Shown here one piece after another: positions 26,623-40,239 of a stretch of 61,961 nt of DNA. Where the stretch lies: NCBI RefSeq assembly GCF_004010195.1, contig NC_057711.1:73039972-73101932 (forward strand), read 5' to 3'. The position numbers were made by a program, and so were the translations under genes. How positions within the stretch are numbered: position 1 is the first letter of the stretch; every line of letters starts with the position of its first letter. A model generated the notes under the pieces. It made no database searches. It had not been told where the DNA came from and saw nothing but the letters and a program-made list of their open reading frames with translations. Source of the stretch: Chiloscyllium plagiosum (lineage: Eukaryota).

Positions 26623-27021
26623 CTGTCATAAGACGGCAGCAATCAATATTAATAAACTGTCATCATTTTCCTTTGGCCAATAAATATGTTTACACCAAGA
26701 AAACAAGGAGAATTCTAAACTTAAATAAAAGCGTAGATATTCTTCATTGACATCACATGAAGAAGTTTGTTAGTTCAAGTAGAGTCAACTGAATAACTGT
26801 GAAACAAGTCCTGACCAGAAGCAGCAGCTTAGTGAGAAGTGCCTACAAAAACTAAAGATAGCACTTTTCTAACTAACAGATAAATGCAGTAAATTTTCAA
26901 TCCTCATCTTGTTCATTGTGTCACTGCAGCCTAAATCTGCAAAATCCTATAGAGCTGAATCCTTCTGATTCAGTATTCTCTTCGCCCCTATATCATCCTG
27001 CCATTGTGACAAAGGACTTAC

Positions 27022-27128
27022 CTTTCCACCACAAGCCACAGTGCCTCCTTGCTGTTTGGCTTGTTCCACTGCATTCTTGTACATATCTACTGCCTGCTTA
27101 GTGTGGAGGGGACCATATAAAATAGTAG
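27022..27128 (-). CDS. ALDH7A1: ALDH7A1 exon ~13 (107 nt): [35 protein letters not shown]
   Basis: tcag|CT...AAG|gtaagt; visible in ORF-track entry 26947..27174. Confidence 0.97.
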
Positions 27129-28409
27129 CTGAAAGAAAAAAAATTTTTTTTTTTAAATTACAGTAGTTGCACACACAGCAGTTGAAAATCTGAAATATGG
27201 CACCTCAAACAATTCTGTTCCAAACATCAAGAATCAATCTGAAAAATCAGCAGAAATCAAACTATGTTTGCTGCAGACAAGAAGCCTTTTTTTCTAGCAG
27301 GGCTCAAATTCATAACCAGTATTTTCAATATCTATGCAAAGGGAGAATTGTGAAAAAAAAGTTAGCAACAATTCTTATATTTAAAATTCAAAGGAAAAGT
27401 AGGTCTTTTGAAAAGAATATAGAGAAATCTCTGATAGTATTGCATATGGTCCCGTTTTAACCACTGCCCTCCTCTCTTGATGTATTAGTATCTCTTCAGG
27501 TTTCCATTATTCCTTTTAGTTTATTACACTGAATAGTAAATGGCTTTCAAGTTTATCTGGGTGGTTTACATCTGTGGTTCTGCTAGCTGATGTTGTGGTG
27601 CCATTACTTTCATTCTCAAGTATTCACATCTCAGCTGTCAACATGTCTCACTGCAGCCACGACTATTTGGGGGTTGCCCACTTCTGGGACCAGTTTGTAC
27701 AGCATTGCTGTCACAGGTTGTCTTTACTGCCACAAACATTGCAATGGGTGAGATTATAAGTATCACCAAAAGAACTGGCCTGCTGAAATTCAAAATCCCT
27801 AGCTTCTGTCATTAGATTCTCCAAGTTGGTGCCAGGAGGTGGGAAAGAGAACAGGCAACAACTTGAAGTTGGTAGTTAGCCAAAAGAAGTGGGTATCTAG
27901 CCCAGACTATGAAGAGGACGACCAAGGAGGGAGAGAGATATGGCTAGTGAGGTACTGCAGACTGGAGTTGGGTGATGCACATGACCTCTTGTGGGAGAAT
28001 CAAACAGCACAGGATTACCTATTAAAAAGCTAGTATTACAATTACACCTTCCATGTAATCTAATCTTAACTATAGCATTACTGCAGAGTCACAACCAGGA
28101 ATCAGCATCATAGAACAAAACTGAAGATTTTTAAAAAAATATTCAAAAATCATCACTTTGATGACAGATAGCAAAAGGAAATGACATACCTCCTAACTAC
28201 TAAATGTACAAAGTGGACAAGTTAAACATGCCCAGAAGCCTCGTCTGAGCTAGGCATCTTTTTTTTTGTTTTATTGAATGCTGCTACTGATGGTGCTGCT
28301 GGTTTCAGCATTAATGCTGGTTTTAAGTTTCTTGACACAATCAGCCCTATTCCATTCCATTTTAAATTTTAAATGGCCAACTAGACTTTGATTCCTGAAC
28401 TGTATTTAA

Positions 28410-29650
28410 ATTTCCTGAAGGCATTTCCTAAGAAGCCACATGAAAACCCAGTGTGGAAAACAGAGGTTCATGGTGTAGGGATAGCATATTGGCAAGATGG
28501 ATTTGCTAGCTAACAGGAAGTGGAGAGTAGCCATTTTTTTCTTACCAGCAAAATGTAACAAATGAAATGCCACAGAGATCAGTGTGCAGCCTCCATGTTA
28601 CACAATTTACATAACCAACTTGATGAAGGGACCAAAGGCTTGGTTACTAAATTTTCTGATGACACAAAGATAAGTTGGAAAATAAACGTAAAGAAGATAT
28701 TAGGAGGCTACGTCAGTATATAAACACATTAAATGTGTGAGCAAAGATCTAGCAATGGAAGGATGATGTTGAGAAAATATAAAATCATCCATTTTGGCAG
28801 TAAGAACCAGAAAAGTAGATTAGTGAAATGGTGAGAGATTTCAGAGCTCAGAGATGCAGACAGACCTGGCTGTCCTAGTACATAAATAGATTAGTTGTGT
28901 AAGGTACAATAAGCAAGTAAGAAAGCTAAAACAGTATTATTGTTTACCATAAGGGGAACGGAGTACAAAAGTAGGGAGCTTATGCTTCAGTCATACACAG
29001 CACTGGTGAGACTGCATCTGGAATGCGGTGCACAATATTGGACATCATGTTTTTAAAAAGGATACAAATGCATTGGAAGCGATTCAGAGAAATTTACTAG
29101 ACTAATGTGGAATGTGCATGTTTCCTTATGAAGAAGATTGGATATGTAAGCCTTATCTGGAAATGTGTTGCTGGAAAAGCGCAGCAGGTCAGGCAGCATC
29201 CAGGGAACAGGAGAATCGACGTTTCGGGCATAAGCCCTTCCTATGTAAGCCTTATGCAAGATGAGCATTTGAAATTGTCAGGTCCTGAGGGCTTTCGACA
29301 AAATAGAAACAAACAATCTTCACTCTTGTGAAAGAATGCAACATTAACCATCACTGTTAAAGAATAAGTGGCCATCCGTTTAAGACAACGATAAAGAAAT
29401 TGTGTGTCTCAGAAAGCAGAGTATCTTTGGAACTGTCTTCTTCACAATGCCATGGATTCAGAGTCGTTGAGTCTTCTCAAGGCAGGGTAGATACACTTGA
29501 TATATTTTGAAAGCAAGGAGAGTTGGGAGGTGGGGCTTTGGAAATATATCAGAACATACAGTAAACAGATCAGCATGATCTTATTGAATAGCAGAGTAGG
29601 CATAAAGGGCTCAACAGCCTAATCCTGCTCCTTATTTATATGTTTGCATA
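28410..29650 (+). mobile_element. Old CR1 LINE 3' half containing a young PLE micro-insertion
   Basis: KFSDDTKI (aaattttctgatgacacaaagata), LVRLHLE motif, CR1-like 3' end. Confidence 0.8.
29157..29241 (-). mobile_element. 85-nt PLE terminal micro-insertion with 14-bp TSD
   Basis: tatgtaagccttat at 29143-29156 and 29242-29255; insert near-identical to 59076-59156. Confidence 0.9.
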
Positions 29651-29805
29651 TAATTTGTTTCTATATCCAGTTCTGAATTTCTTAATTATCCTCACAAGCA
29701 CCAAACACTTAGTCAAACTATCTCAAGATTACCTGCTCAGTGATGTTCCTGAACAGTTCAAATGAGGTACAGTTCATTGCAATATATTAAATAATCCACA
29801 TGATT

Positions 29806-30798
29806 TGATGACGATGATGCGGTCTCTTTGAAAAGGCTGTTTTGTCCTGGGTTTTTCCTGAAGAGAGATTGTAAAGGCAGGGATGCCACTGGCTAGTGAC
29901 AACTGCTTAAGTAAATTAACTTAGGGAGCCTTTAAGTTTTTTCAAAAAAGCAATTGCAACAATGCAAGGGGAGTGGCCAGCTCTCACAGACCAGACTTTC
30001 TAGTTTTTCTTAGCTGTAGCAGTCAAAGTTGTTTAGGGGAGGTGCCAGAAGAGTGGGAAGCTTCAGTAAAATGATTCCTAGCTGCTACTTTCCCTGAAAT
30101 ATCTCTTGATTGTCAATTCCTCCTGGATTGGAAAACAGCATGTAAGAATTTATGTCTGAAATTACCTTTTTACCAAGGGGTATACTTATGGGATATTACT
30201 ATATTGGAACAGTTAATTAGCAATAGGTAAAGGTACACAGTCCTTTATCCAAAATGCTCAGGACCCGCTTGTTTTCGGAATTCGGAATTTTTTGAATTTC
30301 GGAATAAGTGGCAGTTCAACGCTGAAATATAAAAAAAACTTACTTAACAGCAGACTCAGTTTGAGTAACAGGCCTTGGGACAGAATGGAGGCCTGCCAGT
30401 GCTGGGCCATGCCCACCCCCCCCCACCCACGTTACATCCGAGTGACATGCATCAAGTGGGTGGGGAGTTGGCTTAACTGTTTGCACACCAAACAACCTTG
30501 TTAATGAGATAAAAACTTCACGAAACAAAACCTTTAGATTTTGGAACTTTTCAGATTTCAGGATTTCGAATAAAGGGTTGTCTACCTGTACCGTATCTAT
30601 TATTCGGTTAAATTTTCCAATAGTTAAGTTATTCCTCGTACTTTTGTTTGCATATTAAGCAAATGGTGTTTTGCTTATTGTCGAGTAGTCTGACCAGTCG
30701 CATCTCATCTGGAACACACAGGTCACCGATAAAATAAAAGTTAGGGTCGAGGCTGCTTTCTTAAAATATTTTTATGGGGTGTGGTCTGGTCCATAACA
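29806..30798 (+). repeat. Candidate solo Gypsy LTR hosting a MITE; left boundary uncertain
   Basis: Ends in CATAACA like the LTR at 3547-4259, with AATAAA ~60 nt before the end. Confidence 0.4.
30230..30588. mobile_element. Tigger/pogo-like MITE (Tigger4/MER46-like ends)
   Basis: Imperfect ~26-bp TIRs (aaggtacacagtcctttatccaaaat / caggtagacaaccctttattcgaaat) flanked by TA; second copy at 52995-54231. Confidence 0.85.
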
Positions 30799-30858
30799 AT
30801 TTATATTTGTTTTCAAATAATGGGTAAGTGGGTTTTCAAGAAAGGAGCAAAAACTTAC

Positions 30859-30943
30859 AGTCTAATGGATCTCCAATTCGGACCTGTTTGTAAGCTTTGA
30901 CCAGTCTTTCCACCACACCATCATGAATACTTTCATGTAAGAA
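30859..30943 (-). CDS. ALDH7A1: ALDH7A1 exon ~12 (85 nt): [28 protein letters not shown](S)
   Basis: ttag|TTC...GACT|gtaagt. Confidence 0.96.
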
Positions 30944-31101
30944 CTAAAAAAAGAATAGGCAATACTTAATATTTCTATTTCTCTTAAATTTCTGCAGGTT
31001 TATAGAATGATTTTTAAACAAATGATCTTTGTAAAACAAATGATTGGTCATTTTGCAAATATTTATTCAGAAAACATTGGACAGTCTCAGGTATAACTCA
31101 C

Positions 31102-31196
31102 CAGTCGCCTAGTTGTTGTACACCTCTGCCCTGCAGTCCCCACCGCAGCAAAGAGAACAGATGGAATTACCATGTTTAAATCAGCATCATCGAACA
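31102..31196 (-). CDS. ALDH7A1: ALDH7A1 exon ~11 (95 nt): [31 protein letters not shown]
   Basis: atag|TGTT...ACTG|gtgagt; catalytic Cys in GQRC. Confidence 0.97.
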
Positions 31197-32509
31197 CTAT
31201 AAGTGATAAGATAATACCAGTCAAATTCCATGAAGAGACACAGTCAGAAAACAAACTTGTGTTTGATGTGCAGCCACAGAGTTATTCACCTGATGTTTAG
31301 TCTCCAGCCAACACTACAGAAGACTACCAGCCTTTTGCTGGTCTGTGCAAAAATCTAATTAAATGTATTAAATTACAGCTTCTTATGGGAAATGACAATC
31401 TGATAGCATGGCTATTTATTATTCACTCAATGCCATTTTCATTTCAGCACTTCCAAAGGTATTACACTGATGTTATAGGGTAATCTTTTTTAAAATTAGG
31501 TACATGAAAAAAATTATTTTTTTAAACACTTGGTTACCTACTCAGATGTGATTTCATAATCATTAGTCAATCAATTTTCAGTGTTCCACAAATAGTTAGT
31601 ATCACGGTTGAACTTCAATTGTTAATCAAGTAATAAAGTGGACCGCTCTTCAAAAACCAATTAACCCAGTCTCTTTAGTTTAACAATACAGGTTGCACAT
31701 AAAGAGATTTAAGAGGATGGAAAAGTTAAATATCACTGATTCCACAACTGAGAAAGATTCCAAAGTCTTTAAGTGATCATTTATTCAAATTGTAACAGCT
31801 TTGTGCTATATCCAAAAGCTTTGTAAATGTGTATTCCTTTCATAGCATGGGAAAAAAAAAAATATTAAAAGGACTACTTTGGACATAATAAATAGCATGA
31901 TGTATTCTCAACAGATAAAATGGAAAGCTATCATTTTAAAACAAGGAAGGTCTCATTTGTCTCATAGTTGAAATGGGAATTCAATTTTAGCTATCATAGA
32001 AAAAAGCAAAAATATAACGTTCAATCCCAGTAATGTCAATTCTGCAGTACTTTATTCTGACCAGGTGATGGCACCTGTACTCTTTTTAGCTGGAATTTGA
32101 ATCCCCTTTAATCAATCATTTCAAGAAAGCAAAACTGGTCCTGAAATTCCACATAGGATTTTGCTAGTCTCCCACTATAACTTTAGCAGGTGAATTCTTC
32201 AAGGGACTTGAGTAATTTCAGCAACATCAGGGCTCTGACTTATTTGCATGGTTCCATACTGGACAGTTCCATTTGCAAAATAATGTGCCTAAAGTGAAAC
32301 TGTGCCGTGGGAGACGAAGAGGAAAAAAAGTGACAAGTAGGAGAGAATGCAATAAGGTCAAAATTAGGTTTACAATTCATGTATGGCAGCATACAAACTG
32401 TGATAATGAAGGTTGGTGAGCTGTTGGCAGAGATATGGAAGATGATGGTACATAATATCATGGTGATAAGAGAGACCAGATTCAGATAAATGATTGGCTT
32501 GAAACTAAA

Positions 32510-33035
32510 GAGAGTCATAGAAATGTACAACACAGAAACAGAACTCTTGGTCAACATGTACATGCTGACCAGATATCCTAAATTAATCTAGTCTCATTTG
32601 TCAGCATTTGGCCCATATTCCTCTAAACCCTTTCTATTCATATAACCATCCAGATGCCTTTTAAAATGCTGTAATTGTACCAGCCTCCACCACTTCCTCT
32701 TGCAGCTCATTCCATGCACACATTACCCTCTGCATGAAAATGTTATGCCTTAGGTTAGTTTAAATCTTTCCACTCTCAACTTATGCTCTCTAGTTTTGGA
32801 CTCTCCTACCCTGGGAAAAAAGACATTAGCTATTCATCCCCCATGATCTTATAAACTTCTATAAGGTCACCCCCTCAGCCTCTGATGCTCCAGGGAAAAC
32901 AGCCCCAGCCTATTCAGTCTTCCCATACAGCTCAAACCCTCCAACAGCAGAAACATCCTTGTAAATCTTTTTTGAACCCTTTCAACTTTAACATCTTTCC
33001 TATAGCAGGGAGAATTGAATGCAGCATTCCAAAAG
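32510..33035 (-). mobile_element. CR1 3' fragment inserted in an older plus-strand CR1 remnant (~32330-33265)
   Basis: agagtcatagaaatgtac tail; collinear with other CR1 3' ends. Confidence 0.85.
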
Positions 33036-33269
33036 GAGCCTCATGGATAAGGGGTATTTTGGAATGATAGTCAATAAAGGGAAGCAGCTTGGCTGTATTG
33101 TTTAAATGCCAGATAGAGATGTTCTATAGGGGCTGAAGATTCTATTTGATTAGAGTTAAGCAACAATAGACAGAAGCATTATATTGTTGGGTGTATTCTA
33201 TAAGACACTATCAGGTAAGATGTCAAGGAGCAAATATGAAGGTACATTCCAGAAAAATGCAAAACCTAT

Positions 33270-34225
33270 TTAGCCACTACTTGCATCACCTCCAGTGAGA
33301 TGCCACAACCGGGCACATATTCCCCTCCCCTCCCTTGTCGGCCTTCCGCAGGTACCATTCCCCCCGGGGCACACTGATCCATTTCTCCTCCATTCCCAAC
33401 ATCATGACCCACGGCACCTTCCCCTGCAATTGCAGAAGGTGCAACACCTGCCTATTTAATCTTCTCCCTCCTCAATATCCAAGGCCCCTGATACATCTTC
33501 CAGGTGAAGCAACAATTTTAGCTGCACTTCACTCAATCTAATCAACCATATCCACTGTTCACAATGTAGTCTCTTCAACAACAGGGAGATGAAGTACAGA
33601 CTGAGTGACTGATTGGCAGAACATCATGAAAGTGACTCCAAACTTTCAGTTGCCTGCCACTTGAACACACACTGTGGTCCCATGTGAACATGTCTGTCAC
33701 AGAACTTGGTGTTCCAGCAAGCCCAGTGTAAGCTTGAAAAAAAAAAATCGCAATTTCTGCTTGGAGACCCTATGGCCTCTGGGACTAAACACAGTTAAAT
33801 AATTTTAGAACCCGATTCCCTCCTTCCATGTTTTTTTTACCCACCACACACTATGGTCTTTTCATGACATGGATTGCTTAAGCACAGACAATCTATTTCC
33901 TCCTGCTCTCATTATTGCTCATTTAGCTTTTCTTCTGTCCTGGCTTACTTTAAATAATCCCCTCACCTGCCTGCCCCATTTGTATATCTCGGTCTCTCTC
34001 TTCGCCACAAAGGTTTCCGTCACCACCTATCCGCTCATCTCCCTCCCGCTCATCTCATCTTGAGCATAAATACCACATTTTCCTAGGTGCTACCACTTCT
34101 AATGAAAAATCAATGGACTTGAAATCTTAACTTGGCTTTTCATTCACAGATGCTGCCAGACCTGCTCATTTTTGCCAGCAATTTCTGTTTTTGTTTCAGA
34201 CCTCCAGCATCTGCCGTTCTTTATT
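33270..34225 (+). mobile_element. Degenerate Penelope-like element 3' part
   Basis: GTFPCNCRRCNTC linker, decayed GIY-YIG, terminus cacagatgctgccagacctgct. Confidence 0.75.
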
Positions 34226-35544
34226 TTATTTTAGGGTGGGTGGCTTGATAGTTAGTTATTAAAGGAAACCCAGATAATTTTATTGGGAAGATGATGCAAA
34301 GTATTTACACTTCGTAGACAAGGCATCAGCCGGTTTGTTAACAAGGGGTCAGGCAGTCTCCAAATTTCCAAAAGCTGTTGAGTATGTCTTAACATTCCAG
34401 TGTCAGCTGGTGTTCAGTATCAATATATAAAATTATCATAAAGCAAACTAAGTCAGACTCTCTTATTAAAAGCAGTTTTGTGTTTAGCAGCAAGAAGAAA
34501 AACATAATTTCAGAATATCTTGGGGAAACAATGTACGAGTGAGTGAAAAGAATCCAAAAAGCAACATGAATAGCTCAGGCATACTAAATAGCTGAGCGTT
34601 TGTGTTAGAGAACTGAACAGTGTGCCAAGTACTTTTAGTTCACCATTTAAAAACTACAGCAATAAAAAAAAAACTGGCATGGCCAGAGTGAGAGAAAGTT
34701 CCTAGCTGTGCACCTTACTGATGTGAACCATATTTTGCTGACCTCATAGGATAAATGTGATGGCAAAACTGACCCAAAGGCTGAAGCGATAGAGTTAGCA
34801 AAGTGAGAGATACTTTGTACTCGAGGCTAAATTAAATAACTTCAAAAACTGCAGACGGTGTTCTATTTGTGCGGGGAGGGACGTGAGTATTTAGAGAGTG
34901 TTACCTTTTAGGTACCAATTGCTGAGAATGAATTTAGTCTTTTCCCTTGAAAAGAATCATTTGTTTGTTGTCACATCCTTAATTTTAAACTGATTTTGGG
35001 TTGGATAGTCACAGTAAAAGTGAAACCTAGGCCATAGGTTCCTTCCACCCAAGTTGTTTTGGAATTCTTTTCTTTGTAGGTTATTGGTCTCTATTGAGAT
35101 CATGAGAGTAGTATGGAGCGGTTGGCGTTCTCTCCATATGGTTGAAAAGAGAGGAGATGTGCTTGATATGATCAAAATTATTTGTGGCCTAGGCAGAGGT
35201 AGATAGAAACAAATGAATGGCAAAATAACCAATGACAAGATGAGAAAAAAAAGTGTTTGCACTGCCTGACAATATGATGGACAATCGTGATTTTCAAAAC
35301 AGAATTGAACAGCACCTGAAGAGAAAAAAATTGCAGGCGAGAAGGAAAATGCAAAGAAGACGGAACTGAAGAGATTAGCTGCTTTGAACATGGGTCAGTA
35401 ATGTATTGCTCACCTGTCACTTGCACATTTCAGCTCCGCTATGAATCTAACCACTCGATTCATTTATAATCGAACACATTGTTTATTCTAAAACAAAGTT
35501 GAACCTAAGCCATTACTTAGATGGTTATGTTACAACACAAAAGA

Positions 35545-35930
35545 ACCTGTTCCAAAGAAGAGTCACACTGAACTCAATGTCAACTCTTCTCTCTCCCTGC
35601 AGATGCTGCTAGCCCTGCTGAAATTCGCCAACATTTTCCCTGTTTATTTTAATTGTTCTGTTTGTGGGAACATCAATTGTGAAGAGGTGATTTAAACTGT
35701 GAAACTCAAAACACCAATTTTGATTAATTTACTTAATCTATCAGGACTAATTTTGATGACACATGATGCCAACAATCCTAGACTTATTTTAAACAGCAAC
35801 AACATTTAGAGGTAAAACGTTTGTTTTACTTGTTCAAAAGAAGGATCACTGAAACATTAATTCTGCTTTCTCTCCAGAGTTGCTGTCTGACCTGCTGAGT
35901 TTTTGAGCAATTTCTGATTTTGTTTGTTTG
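35545..35930 (+). mobile_element. Two old PLE-terminus fragments (~35545-35645, ~35835-35930)
   Basis: Same motif as the 14367-14460 and 34099-34190 termini. Confidence 0.55.
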
Positions 35931-36075
35931 CTTTACTTTTTCAACTGGACTGGCTATCCTGGATTCAAGCCGTCAATGGAAATCCATTTCATAAGTATCC
36001 ACAAGACAGTTTAATAGTGGCCGCCAAAGATTGATGGGCAGAGGTGAAGTATTCTTCAAACATATTGCTGCCATG

Positions 36076-36512
36076 TCATAGAGTCATAGAAATGTACAAC
36101 AAGGAAACGGGCCCTTCGGTCCAACCCATCCATGCCGACCAGATATCCTAATCTAATCTCGACCCATTTGCCAGCACTTGGCCCATATCCCTCCAAACCC
36201 TTCCTATTCATATACCCATCCAGATGCCTTTTAAAAGTTGCAATTGTACCAGCCTCCACCATTTCCTCTGGCAGCTCATTCCATACACGTACCGCCCTCT
36301 GTGTGAAAAAGTTGCCCCCTCAGGTCTCTTTTATATCTTTCTCCTCCCATCCTAAACCTATGCCCTCTAGTTCTGGACTCCCCGACCCCAGGGAAAAGAC
36401 CTTGTCTATTTACCGTATCCATGCCCCTCATAATTTTATAAACCTCTATAAGGTCACCCCTCAGCCTCTGACGCTCCAGGGAAAACAGCCCCAACCTATT
36501 GAGCCTCTCCAC
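36076..36512 (-). mobile_element. Young CR1 3' fragment
   Basis: gtcatagagtcatag tail; ERLNRLGLFSLERQRLRGDLIEVYKI. Confidence 0.93.
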
Positions 36513-37477
36513 AGAATATCAGATAAAGTAATTTACTGGAGGTGAACCTCAACAGGAAGCCCACAGCAGCACTGAATGTCTGTTCAGGGAACCATTGAGG
36601 GTAGTGTTTGAGTCCCACTGGCAATTTTTAAGATGGGTACTTATTTAACTGGGTGGGAGAGTGTTGTCTGAGGATCCAACATCCAATTAAATCTGAGGCA
36701 GAAAGGCTGGTCAACAACATTCCCCATCTGATATGTTAATTTAGGTCCTCAAGTGGGCAATTAAAGTCTATGGTGGGGTCAGTAGTTTCCCCGAGTCAAT
36801 GGCACACAGTGCCTGATTCAGGAACCTGCCATCAGGAACAGAGTTCACTGAAAGTTCCCCTCCCCCTTACCTCCAAATCTCCTCTCCTCCCACAACCAAA
36901 CCCTGCCTTCACTCATTGTTGATCTCAGGTTCCATTCTGATCCTGAGTCTCTGGCGGGTGAACTGCCACTTCTCCCAGTAGTTAGAGGTGGTGGGATGTC
37001 TGTCCCCAGAGTTGTTCATCCTGGTTATATCCCAATGGTGGGTATATAACTGCTCAATTGGCATTTGATACAACAGGCCTTCCTCAATGTCAGCAACATA
37101 GGGCGCCAGCCGGTTCTCTTGCCAACCAGTGAGACCCAGATCAAAAACATTAAATTCTACCCTATACACTTATAATGAGCTTGAATACCAAACATGTCAC
37201 AGGCACTGTAGCAACATCAATAACGACAGATACCATTTTACAATTGCATCCAGTACATTTTGTTTAGAAAAATGTCATTTTAGTAATGATCCAGTCCAGA
37301 CAGTTATAACACCCTCTGTTCAAGATTTAACTGTGCTAGTATTTATACACATTCAGAATTAAAATAATGTGCCTCAAGGGTTTTACAACATCATGATGCA
37401 TAAATCTATCATTTCATGAAATGTCACTATTGTATGTCAAACTCCAGTCCCAGTTTGTGGGTTATAGTTATAAAATC

Positions 37478-37770
37478 ACTGAATCTTAGAATCCCCACAG
37501 TATGGAAGTTGGCCATCTGGTCCATTGAGTCCACACCACCCACCTAACAGCATCCCATTCAGATCCAAGTCTGAACATCCGGACACAACGAGCAATTTAG
37601 CATGGCCAATCCACTTAACCTGCACATCTTTGCACTGTGGGAGGAAACCAGAGCACCTGGAGGAAACCCATTTCGACACAGAGAGAACACGCAAACTCCA
37701 CACAGACACAGTCGCCTGAGGATGGAATCAAACTGGAGTCCCTGGCGCTGTGAGGCGGCAGTGAGCCACT
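37478..37770 (-). mobile_element. HE1-like V-SINE
   Basis: tRNA-like head (ctgccgcctcacagcgccagggac..gtttgattcc) and V-domain gggtttcctccaggtgctctggtttcctccc. Confidence 0.85.
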
Positions 37771-37928
37771 TATGTTTTCTTTCGGTCAAGTTCATAATTA
37801 TACTTCAAATGAAAAAAAGAAACAACACTAAATGACTACTCTAGATCTTATGCATTTTCTATTCTTTGCCAATCTGAAAATACAGCTTTATATCTAAAGA
37901 TTACACTGGATCAAAATCCACACGTTAC

Positions 37929-37970
37929 CAATGATAGCATTGTTTCCACCAAGCTCTAGAAGCAATCGTC
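37929..37970 (-). CDS. ALDH7A1: ALDH7A1 exon ~10 (42 nt): RLLLELGGNNAII(V)
   Basis: acag|GACG...ATTG|gtaacg; catalytic Glu motif LELGG. Confidence 0.96.
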
Positions 37971-38115
37971 CTGTAAGTGGAGACAGAAAAGAAACACATT
38001 ATAGTTAATTTTCACAAAAGTATCATAAACAGTCACACAATTTTTACTTAATATTATCAATTTTGTTGGGTAAACGTACACGTTTCATTACTTGCATCTA
38101 TACATGAGTACTTAC

Positions 38116-38213
38116 CAAATCGCTCTTGAACCACTAATGATACTTGTTTGCCCACATTTGTGCTACCAGTAAAAGACAGGAGATTTATTCGTTCGTCTTT
38201 GCTCATGGCAGCA
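38116..38213 (-). CDS. ALDH7A1: ALDH7A1 exon ~9 (98 nt): [32 protein letters not shown](G)
   Basis: tcag|TGCT...TTTG|gtaagt; NAD-binding FTGST motif. Confidence 0.97.
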
Positions 38214-39084
38214 CTGAAAATTAATCAGGAACAGCTTTAGAATATCAATTAATTTCTGGGATACTCAAGTATAAAATCACAGAAATGTTTGTCCAGCTGT
38301 CTCCAAGCAACTTCAATCAATAACTGAAAGAGATAGTCATCTCCTCAAAAATCACACTAACTGAAATACCCACAGACATCTGCAATAATCTGTTTTGTTA
38401 TAATCTGGAAATTAGTTGATATAAATAATGCAGAACAGAGGGGAATATTTTTACATTGTAATTTTCCACATTACTAAATGGAATTGCAATAATAGATGCA
38501 AAACGTTTAGTGTTGTAATCCTAGGATGAATTCTAATGCTGAATTGGTTACTATAGAGTTTCTTTTGTACACTCAATTTTACGGAGACATTATAATGGAA
38601 CTCTTACGGCACAGAAAGAGGGCATTCAGCTTGTCACATATTTACATGAATGGCAATTCAGCTGGTCCCACTCTCTTACAGCCCTGCAAATCTATTTAAT
38701 GCATATGTTTATTTAATTCCCAAAGTCACAACTGAACCTGCCTCCCTGTCACCTTAAAGCAGTGCAATCCAGATCCTAACTATTTGCTGCACAGAAAAAA
38801 GGTTTTCTTCTTCTTGTCACCATTGGTTCTTAGTTTGATGCTGCGAATACTTAATGACATCAAGATTTCAAAACTTCATAAATCCCACTGCTGAAATTCA
38901 ATGGTTGCACCAAACTAGAGATACAATCAGATAGTATCTTAAAAAAAATAGGACTAGTAATCTAGAGAAATAATCTGGAGACATGCATGCAAATGCCACC
39001 ATGATGGCTGTGAAATTTAAAGCCAGTTAATTAAATAAATCTGGAATAAAAAGTTAGTATCAAGAACAGTGACCATTGTTTAAT

Positions 39085-39830
39085 GCTGGTGATGGGAATC
39101 TTGCCCAACGGCAACACATTTCCAAACCAGGGTGGCGATTGGTTTGAAGGGTTGCTTGCTGGGGGTGGTGTTCTCATGTATCTGCTGCCCTTGACATTCC
39201 AGATGGTAATGATCATGGGCTTAGAAGATGCAGTCTAAGCAGCGTTGGTGCATTTCTGCCCTGCATCTTGTGGTTGGTATACACTACTGCTACTGGTGTG
39301 TAGTTAGTGTATGTTTGAGAATGTGGCGCCAATCAAGTGGGCTGCTTTGTCCTGGATGGCGTCACGTTTCAAGTGTTGTCAAAGCTGCACACATTCAGAT
39401 AAGTGGGGAGTATGCCATCATAGTCCTGATTTTTGAATGAAGATGAGTAGATTTTGGCGAATCAGTTACTCACTGTACAATACTATGACTTTGCCTTGTG
39501 TTTGAGCCACAGTTTTTGCATAGCTAGTCGAGTTCAGTTTCTGGTCAATGGTAACCCCCAGAACGTTGATCTGGGGGATTCAATGATGGAAATGCCACTG
39601 AACAGAAGTTAATTCTCTTTCAGTCATTGCCAGACACTAACTTGGTGGGAATGTTACTTGTCAGCCCAAGCCTAGATATTGTCCAGGTTTTGCTGCATTT
39701 GGATTGCTTTAGTATCCGAGGAGTCACAAGTACTGCTGAACATTATACAATCATCAGCAAATCTACTCCACTTCTGGCCTTATGATAGAGGGAAGGCCAC
39801 TGATGAAGCAATTGCAGTTGGTTGGATGTA
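39085..39830 (-). mobile_element. Old LINE of a second CR1/L2-group family; related pieces at ~48310-48700(-), 49155-49450(-), 59780-60730(+)
   Basis: RT motifs in the 60070-60200 copy (GVSQGSVLGPTTFCCFINDLPSII); shared sequence between copies. Confidence 0.65.
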
Positions 39831-40239
39831 GGTATACTGCTTTTACAGTAGGCCCTAAGAACATTAGACATAGAAGCCAGTGTAAGCCATTAGTTCTTTT
39901 GTATTTGTGTGAGCACTTAATATGATTACAACATTGCTGAGATTCTGCATGAACTCATTTAGCCAAACATTGTGCTCCTGAAGTAGCTGAACTTCAAAAC
40001 AAGCCGTTCCACTTCAGCTGCTATGCCTGCATTTACCTGACAAAATGGAAAATTTTGGAATGTTCTGCCAATAAAGAATGACAAATCATGCCCAGCCAAT
40101 TACTGCCCCGTTTACAAGTGATTGAAAACGGTGACAGTAATGCATTCAGCTGCATTTGGCAATGCTCAGTTTGCGTTTTATCAGGCCTACCTCAATCTTG
40201 GTTGAAACATTTTCTAAAAAGCTGAATTGCAAAGGTGGT

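Noticed and set aside
34690..34800. Intronic stretch with tgatg/ctga and tgacct-like motifs (possible snoRNA or nuclear-receptor site)
   Set aside because: No exact C box or terminal stem, and the short motifs cannot be distinguished from chance.
34957..35426. 144-aa and 82-aa minus-strand ORFs in intron 10
   Set aside because: Low-complexity Phe/Ser-rich translation of A-rich sequence with no recognisable domain.
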